Below are positions 14,920-22,900 of a DNA stretch of 32,380 bases, one piece after another. The notes under the pieces are model-generated. The model did no database searches. It had not been told where the DNA came from and worked only from the letters and a program-made list of their open reading frames with translations. A program made the position numbers and the translations under genes. Origin of the DNA: a virus (Duplodnaviria; Caudoviricetes); IMG/VR virus record IMGVR_UViG_3300011335_000468, positions 1-32,380 of that record. One strand, 5' to 3'. Numbering within the stretch: position 1 is the first letter of the stretch; each line of letters opens with the position of its first letter.

Positions 14920-16986
14920 ATGCCAACAGTACCAACATCATTTGTCCCTCAAGTTTCTCCACAGGGTGATGGAGGAATGGTTCCACTTCAGGCTCCTCCA
15001 GTTGAAGGTGTACGCAACGCATTGCCAGAGCAGCAGATTCGATTTGGCGAGGCAATGAGAAGTGCTGGAAATGTTTCCTTTCGAATTGGTCAGCAGTTGC
15101 AGGATTCGATTGACGAGGCGGCTGCAAAGGCTGCCGATGTGGAACTATCACAGTTCTCAAATAACATTCTTCGTGGCAAGGATGGATATCTCGGTCTTCA
15201 GGGTAAAGACGCGGACACAAGATACGAAGAGACAAACAGCGCAATCCTTTCTGCCGCAAATGGCATTCAATCAAGACTAAAAAACAAGACTCAGGTTGAA
15301 CTGTTTAATCAATCTGCGTCTCGAAACATTGTTCAGTTTCAGGGTCAGATGGGCGCACATTGGAACAATGAAGTTCCTAAATACTTGGCGATGGAATCGA
15401 ACGCCCGTGCAATTCAATCGAGTCAAGACGCAATAAATTCGTATTCATTTTCAGAAGCAGGATATGTAGAAAGTACTGCAAAGGCTGAAGCGGAAACTGC
15501 AAAGGGATTGTCTCATCTTGGAATCTATAAGGGATCTGCTCAATATGAACAGTCAATGAAAAAGGTGCGTTCTGGAATTACGGCTGGAGTTGTCAGCAGG
15601 TTAATGGATGAAAATTCTTATCAAGATGGTTTGTATTATTTAGAAGAGCAAAACAAATCAAAGTTGATTGACGAGCCAACATATCAATCGTTGCGTTCTG
15701 GATTGATTGCAAACAGAGATCGGCAGATGCGTATTGAATTAACTTATGCCATTAGGAATGGCTATCCACTTACAACACCTTCTGGAACTGGAAACTATTC
15801 AACTCCAGTTGTTGGAGGAGAGATTGTAAGTTTTAGCGAAAATGAATACACCAAAGACGGGAAAAAAGTTTTATCAGGATTGACATTAGAAGTAGGTTCT
15901 GGGACACAAATTAGATCACCTGGCAGATCTACAGTAGAAGATTACACAGAGGGTAGTAGCACCGTTACCCTTAGAAATGAAGATGGAACTCAATTTCACT
16001 TCCAAGGAATTGTCCCCTTAAACATAAAGAATGGAGACAAAATTGCCCGTAATCAAATTATTGGTGTGGCAATGGATGATAAAGAAAATCCTGGAAAAGC
16101 AAATCTTACATATTCATTTACAAAAGATGGAAAATTAAAAGATCCGCAAAATGCAAATGTTCTTGTAGAGAATGTAGATGTTCCAAAAACAAATACACTT
16201 CAAGATCAACTTGCTCGTGCAAGGCAAATTCCAAATTTAGAAATGAGAAACCAAGTTGAATCGTCACTTAGGCAGGAGTATGCACAAGATGTTAATGCGT
16301 TTAACAAAGCATACAACGATCTTAAATTTCAAATTTACAACATGTATGCCGCTGGGACTGACATTCCTAAAGAAATGTTTGCAGCCCTTAGTCCAGAGGA
16401 TCGAAAAGAGTTTGATGCTAAAAAACTTGAGTCGTCCTCTTTAGATGCAAAACTTGCAATTGCTACGGCTGGAGGTGCAAATCAAGATTTGTTAATTCAA
16501 TATGGAACGAAACTGACAAAGCAAGATCGTTTGGTTTATTTGAATCAAATGAACACCGCAGGATCATCACCAGCATCTTTTGATCAAGACACATTTAGTT
16601 TGTTGCTTCGTCAAAATGGATTTGAAGAATTAGATAACCCAAAAGGAGATAAAGACAAATTAAGAGCATTGCAAATTCGCAACGCTGTTAACACAAGAAT
16701 TCAAATGCAAAAAGAATCTACTGGAAAAGATCCTTCTTTTAAAGAAAAGCAAGAAATAATGATGAAAATTTTGACTGATAAATCATATGTTCCAGGTGGA
16801 TGGTTTACAGATTCAAATGTCGCAGATGTTTTATTAACAAAGAAACAAAGAGAATCTGCGTACAAAAATGTACTTGGGAGGAAAGTTCCAATTGAGAAAT
16901 ACGAAGAAATAACCAACATTCTTGCTGGACAGAAAGCAGAAATTACAGAAGAAAATGTTTTAAAGATGCTAGAAGGACCCAAATGA
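14920..16986 (+). CDS. Internal virion (ejection) protein with a degenerate M23/LytM-like domain
   Basis: MPTVPT N-terminus and GYLGLQGKDA typical of podophage core proteins; the region encoded by about 15796-16149 follows the M23 pattern without the metal-binding residues. Confidence 0.75.
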   Translation: MPTVPTSFVPQVSPQGDGGMVPLQAPPVEGVRNALPEQQIRFGEAMRSAGNVSFRIGQQLQDSIDEAAAKAADVELSQFSNNILRGKDGYLGLQGKDADTRYEETNSAILSAANGIQSRLKNKTQVELFNQSASRNIVQFQGQMGAHWNNEVPKYLAMESNARAIQSSQDAINSYSFSEAGYVESTAKAEAETAKGLSHLGIYKGSAQYEQSMKKVRSGITAGVVSRLMDENSYQDGLYYLEEQNKSKLIDEPTYQSLRSGLIANRDRQMRIELTYAIRNGYPLTTPSGTGNYSTPVVGGEIVSFSENEYTKDGKKVLSGLTLEVGSGTQIRSPGRSTVEDYTEGSSTVTLRNEDGTQFHFQGIVPLNIKNGDKIARNQIIGVAMDDKENPGKANLTYSFTKDGKLKDPQNANVLVENVDVPKTNTLQDQLARARQIPNLEMRNQVESSLRQEYAQDVNAFNKAYNDLKFQIYNMYAAGTDIPKEMFAALSPEDRKEFDAKKLESSSLDAKLAIATAGGANQDLLIQYGTKLTKQDRLVYLNQMNTAGSSPASFDQDTFSLLLRQNGFEELDNPKGDKDKLRALQIRNAVNTRIQMQKESTGKDPSFKEKQEIMMKILTDKSYVPGGWFTDSNVADVLLTKKQRESAYKNVLGRKVPIEKYEEITNILAGQKAEITEENVLKMLEGPK

Positions 16987-19900
16987 TTAACCAGCCAGAA
17001 TTAGAAACCATTGATTCGTCAATGACTTCTCCACCAAAAGATGTCTTGAGTTACTCCGTGTCTCAAAACCCAGTTGCAAGTGAACTTGATGGCGATTCAA
17101 TTGACAGTTCAATACAAAATGCGCTAACAGAAACCGCGTCAAATCAAAGCAAGAAGACACCAATTTCAATTCCAGTTCAAGAGTTAACTCCAATTGAAAG
17201 GGCTGTGAATGAATACGCCCAAATAAATAACGCAAGAAACAAAACGGCTTTAAATCAATCCCTTGTTTCTGCTTCTGCCAAAGATCCAGATACGGCTGCA
17301 AAGTCTCAGGCTCTTGCTACAAGTTTGAATGTCTCTACTGGGGTTGTTGACTTTGACATTGAACTTGCAAAGAGACAAAGGCTTTTGAGACAAGCGGAGG
17401 CAATGAAACTTGCCGAAAAATATCCGTCACTAGCAAGAAGTTTTTTAAATCAAGACTTTGCCGCAATTGCACATGATGACATTGACAATCTTGCAAAGAC
17501 TTCGGACATATCGAGAAGGCTGATAGCAACAGAGAAATCGCCATCTGATTCACTCCCACTAGAATTTGATCCAATAAGGACGGCAAATTATTACGCAACC
17601 AATACATTGGAAGGATTTAAATCTGATTGGGAACGAGGTTACAAGTCTGGCGACATAACTGACAGATCATCAAAGTTAGGATATTCAGCATTCACAGCGC
17701 CAGGTTCTGAATCAAGAGATGCATATATTTTTCAGGCTGAAAATCTAAAAAGTAAAACAGAAGAATATCTTGGAACTTGGACTGAAAGTCTTGCAGAACT
17801 TGCGGGGCAAATGGCTCCAATGACCGTAGAAGCCGCAGCAACTGGCGTTGTTGCTTCGGGTGGAGCCGCGCTTGTTGCTTCTATTTTCCCTCCTGCTGAA
17901 CTCCCTCTTGTCCCTGGTGCTTTTGCGGCTGGATTTGCTGGGTCAATGAGTTATCAATCTTATGAAATTGAAACTGGTGCTTCTTATCTTGACCTAAGAA
18001 AAGGAGATGAAGATTACGATCCAATGTCGCATGAAGAGGCTGCGGCTATAGCGCCAACCATTGGGTTAATAAATGCTGTTTTAGAAACTGCTTCTAACTT
18101 TTTCTTTTTTATTCCAGGAGCCAAACTTGCAAATTATGCATTAAAAAAGACAGTGAAAGAAACGGTGTCTAAAAGCCTCAGAAAGGCAACCGTTGGGAAA
18201 CTCGCAAGGTCTGCTGCAGTCCGTGTTTTAAAAACTGGATCACTTGAAACAGTAACGGAAGTCCTGCAAACAATTGTGCCAAAGATAGTGCGAGAAGCCA
18301 ATGTTCCTGAAGGTCGTATGTCTGCATTTGATACTGAAGAAGGCAGAAAAAGATTTGCAGATGAAATTGCTGTAACTATTGAAAAAACTTTTAAAGGTGC
18401 TTTTTTACTTGGTCTTATTCCTGGCGGTGCTAAATTTATTCACGAAAGATCAATTTTTAATGAATCAAAGAATCAACAAGAAGATATTACAAATCTTATT
18501 AATATCGCAAAAGAATCAAAAGTAAATAAACGAAGCAAGACCACATACAATTCTTATCTTGCTCAACAACTTTCTGGAGAGTCTCTACACATAGGTGTAG
18601 ATCAATTTGAACAGATAAGAAAAAAGAGTGAAGTAAGTCTTGAGGAACTTGAAAAGATAATCCCTGGCATTACCAAACAGGTCGCAGAGGCAAAGGCTTC
18701 TAGCAGTGATATTGTAATTCCAACATCTTTGTATTTGTCAGAACTTATTGATACTGAATTTGGCGTTTCAATTCGCAACGATATCCGCGCAGATGCAGAA
18801 GGAATGAGTATTAATGAGATTGCTGAATCGCAAGAGTTCTTAAAGGAGTTGAAGTCAATAAACAAACAGGCAGTTGAAGACTTCAAGAAAACGAATAAGG
18901 ACTGGGCAGAAAGTGCTGGGAACATTGAAGAAGAGGTGTTTGCAAAAATCAAGGCTGCTGGTAATTACACAGAAGAAGAAGCCCGTATGCTTGCCCAATG
19001 GCATCGAGATACTGCGGTAGTTCTTGCGTCAAGATTTGGAATGACACCAGAAGAATTCAACGCAAAGTTTGGGCTGTCAATTGAAAGTGCATATACGCCA
19101 GAGCAACAGGCTCCAGCGCAAGGATCGCTTGAGCAAGCGCAGGTTGCCAAGATGGATTCCGACTACATAGCCGCGGTTGAGAGCGGTGATGTTGAGACGC
19201 AACAACGCATGGTTAATGAGGCTGCAACAAAAGCCAATCTAACAGAAGCATTTCATTCTACAAAGTCTAAAGGTGAAATTTCAGAATTTCGTACTAGGAC
19301 ATCGTCAATTAACACAATGGGAATTCTTGGAGAAACAGAAGTAACAAGAGAAGCCGCATTTTTTACAGAAGAAGAAGCCTTTGCAAATGCGTTTGGGAAA
19401 AATGTTAAAAAGTATTTTTTAAACACGCAAAATATTTATGACGCAATGTCATATGCAAATGATCAAAATATAAGATCAAGTTTTATTGAGTGGCTGGGTG
19501 AAGATGTCCCATCATCTGATCCAGAATCCGAACTTAATTTAACAGAAAAAGCGAAATATGCACAAAACATGTGGCAATTTCTTGATGGAGAACTAGGAAA
19601 GCAATTTAGAACTTTTTTAGAAAGCAAGGGATATAGCGGAATTAAGTTTGATGAAGAAACTACAAGTAGTTCTGGAGATGTTGTTGGGGGAACAACAATT
19701 GCAATTTTTAATCCTCAAGATATTAAATCAGCAGATTCAATTACCCGTGATGAATCTGGAAAGGTTGTTCCATTATCGCGTCGATTTAATTTGTCAAGTC
19801 CAAACACATTCGAGCAAGCATCACGCGCAGACCTAGGATTGGGACAACAGGTTGCTCCTGCTCCTGACAGCGGTGTATTTGACGCAAACAACCCACCAGT

Positions 19901-22900
19901 TTCAAGCGAGGCAATCTTTGCGCTGATGGATGCAGATGGAAAAATCTACTACGACATCAATGCAACGATGCACGGCGATCTTGTCGAAACATTTCCTGAC
20001 ATAACGGATACGGTCATTGACGGCGGCTTCATTGTCAATGGCAAGTACATGATGGGAAAATCTGATGGTGGCTATTCCGCATTTGAGGGTGAACAAAAAC
20101 AAATTGACGCAGTTCGCAATTTTACGGAACAGGCGAACACGCAAGGGTTCCAAGAATCCAATTACCGTCCAGCCGTAGTTGCGTGGGCAAAGGAAAAATT
20201 TGGAGACCGCACAGCGCCCGATGGCTCGACCGTGTGGCAAAACTTTACCGAGTGGTTTGGAGACAGCAAGGTTGTTGACGCTGAAGGTAAGCCAATGGTG
20301 GTTTATCACTCTACAAGTGCTAAGCAATATTTTGAAGAGTTTAAGCCTGGATATAGCGGTGTTTATGGTCGCGGAATTTATATGTCATCCAGTATTGAAA
20401 GTACCAATGTTCTTGCAAGTGGCACATATAACGACAGAAATTACGACAACACTAGAATTTTTCCTTTGTTTGCATCAATTAAAAACCCGCTTGTTGTCAA
20501 TCAAACTGAATTTCAAGATCAAGTTGCAGCAGCCGTAAATATTACTCCAGAAGAATTATCACAAAAAATTTCCGAAGGAAGAGCAATAAGAAATGATGCT
20601 TTTCCAATGGGATTAGAAGAAAAAGATATATACACAAAACTTTTGCAAGACGCAGGGTTTGACGGAGTTGAAGTACAATTTAAAAATTATCGAGATGGTG
20701 TTCCAGAAGGTCAAGTAGTTGAATCGTATTTCGTTGCCTTTGAACCTGCCCAAATCAAATCAGCCATAGCCAACGCAGGACAGTTCAGCGCAACCGATCC
20801 GAACATATTGAGGCAAGCAGCGGTTCGTCAAACGGCAATGCCATCTGTGACGACAATAAATCCTGTCAGCCCAATTGGACTTGCTGTTGCTTCTATTCCT
20901 GCAACTGGAGTCGAATCTATTAAGGACTCTAATACTTTTTTCAAAAAAGTATGGAAAAAACTATTAATTGCTACAGGAAAGCAAATCCGATCAAAGTCTG
21001 ATGAATCAGTAAAAGCAGTAGCAAAAATGGCTGTTGCCGACATGCAAGGATTTGTAGGTGATAATCCTCAATTTGCCAACTACTACAGTCAGGATTGGAT
21101 AAAGACAAGAGTGTTGCTTGACGATTACGCTGGTCGTCCAATTACAAATGACGAATTTTTGATGTTTCGCGTCATTGATGGATTGACTTCTCCAAATACG
21201 ATGTTGCCATCAAATATTTCCGATACGGTCAAAATGTGGACCCATTGGATGAATAAAGAATCGTTTGATGAATTCCTTTTAGGACCAAAACCAATTACAG
21301 GAACTTCAGTTGTTTTTGAATCCGCAGAGTCTATTAGCGGAACTACTGCAAATGTAAAAGTCAGAACTGTAAAAATTGTCGCCAATTTAGTTAAAGAACT
21401 TGGTTCTGTAAAGGCTGCTATTGATTATTTGAGAGAGCCAGTCACCGTCAAAGAATTACATGCGGTCAACAAAACTCTTGGTTACGCTGGCAATGTTTCT
21501 AACATCGGAAACATTCGTGCGCTTGTACAGATGGCAACTGGTCAAGACACATTGATTCCTCGCATGTTTATCTTTGGACAGAAGGTCGGGGCATACACTC
21601 TCAACTCAATTGGCGACGAAAGATTTACGACCGTAGACATTTGGGAATCGCGTTACATTCGTTCTTTTTTTTCTGGAATGTTTGAAAATGAAATAGGATT
21701 GCCAGTTGACGAAAAAGAACATAACACATTTGTTCGGTTCGGTTATGCGTTTAAAGACGAAATGGAGAGGGTTACTGGAAAAACTTGGACTCCGTCATCT
21801 TTGCAAGCACTTAGATGGTTTTACATTATTGCTGCAACAAGGTCGGCTGGATACTCTAAAGCCAGCACAAGCGAGACGATAAGTACATACACGAACAGAG
21901 TCCTACAATCAACATTCGACTATGATCAACCAAGAGAAACAAATGCCACCAATTCAACCACAACCCCGCCAAGAAGAATTGAACCAAAAAAATACGAACG
22001 AAACATCGACAGAGATCTTGATGCAAAGGGAATCACCGACCCCAAGCAGCGAAGAGAATACACCCAACAATCTTGGATTCGATTCGCAAGAAGTAACAGA
22101 GTTGTGGATGAAGTGGGCTTCCAGTTTGACACCGACAGATCTGGAGTACCTCGACGATCAGGGACTCTAAGCGGTCTTGCGACTGTTGCTACGCACACAC
22201 CTGGGGTAAGGCTAGTTGATGCTCTTGCAAAGGCAGGAGTCAACACACAACCATATGTTGAACTAGAGCCGACAACGGAAGGGGTAAAAACTTTTTCTGA
22301 TCTTGTTCGCAAGGTAAACGCAAACAGCAAATTTGGTACAGCCGTTTATGTGTATTCGGATGCCGATTACGCAAAGAAGCGGCTCTTTATTTCAGAGTCT
22401 GGAAAATCTGGGTTTGCTTTGTCTCCAGACGGAGACATTGTAAGTGTGTTTTCAGAATCAGGTTCACGCGAAGGTCGCGGCGCAATGATCCTAGCAACTC
22501 AGATGGGCGGCACAAAACTTGATTGCTTTGACACAATATTACCTGGATACTACGCAGCCCACGGATTTAGGGCTGTAGCAAGAGTCCCATGGAGCGATGA
22601 ATTCACTCCTGCTGGATGGGATTTTAATGCGTTTGGACAATACAACGGAGGTCGTCCAGATGTTGTCTATATGGTTTATGAAGAAAAATATTCAAAGCCA
22701 TATTCCAATACAGATGGCGTTGTAGTTTCAAATCCTGATGAAGCAGTTGCAATACAAACCAAAGACATTAAAACGGAAGCGGATCGTGCTGCAACAAGCA
22801 AAGCAAGGTATGCACAATTAGTTCGACCTCCTAGTACGGAGTTTGCACAGTCCGCTCAAAACAAACCAGCAAGAGGATTCTTCAATCCAAAGCAACTAAA

